A stretch of DNA of 64,000 nt from Tubulanus polymorphus. Taxonomy: Eukaryota; Animalia; Nemertea. Location: NCBI RefSeq assembly GCF_964204645.1, contig NC_134034.1, positions 4,872,914 through 4,936,913 of the forward strand, given 5' to 3'. Position numbers and translations under genes: made by a program. This document shows positions 63,901 through 64,000 of this stretch, one piece after another. The notes beneath the pieces were generated by a model. The model saw only the letters and a list, made by a program, of their open reading frames with translations, made no database searches and was not told the origin of the DNA. Each line of letters starts with the position of its first letter. The stretch's first letter is position 1.

Positions 63901-64000
63901 GAAACAACTGCAGCCATCATTAAACTGACCAGTGAGCTAAAGAATGGTTCAGCGTCAAAGAATCGACTGGAATTAGAGCTACAGGGTTTGAAAGACAGGT

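Overview
Eukaryotic, very probably marine invertebrate, genomic DNA made almost entirely of transposable and viral elements; I recognise no host gene. 1-14691 is the right-hand part of a decayed, AT-rich Maverick/Polinton (adintovirus-like) endogenous virus. It carries protein-primed PolB, minor and major capsid proteins, several membrane proteins, a packaging ATPase, a chromodomain integrase and an HNH nuclease, and 12 of its 14 visible gene starts sit in a poxvirus-like TAAATG context. 14.9-49.6 kb is a nest of fragments: Gypsy relics, a Helentron-type HINE with a 146-bp array, a SINE, an RTEX-like LINE, a Harbinger transposon, hAT/pogo MITEs and an unclassified DDE transposase family. 49606-61099 is a young Ty3/Gypsy element with a CGAC target duplication, an unusually long 2.6-kb LTR holding a 59-bp double-hairpin array, a tRNA-Leu PBS, gag, an open pol frame and a third non-env zinc-finger ORF whose ATG appears to be created by splicing from the LTR. 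The last 3 kb hold CR1 and SGNH-esterase remnants. Best candidates for undescribed biology: (i) a 'complex' Gypsy element with a spliced zinc-finger regulator plus an LTR hairpin array, (ii) a Maverick apparently wired for poxvirus-type transcription, and (iii) a strong same-strand bias of the elements suggesting a uni-strand piRNA cluster. All assignments are by-eye motif recognition, with no database searches.
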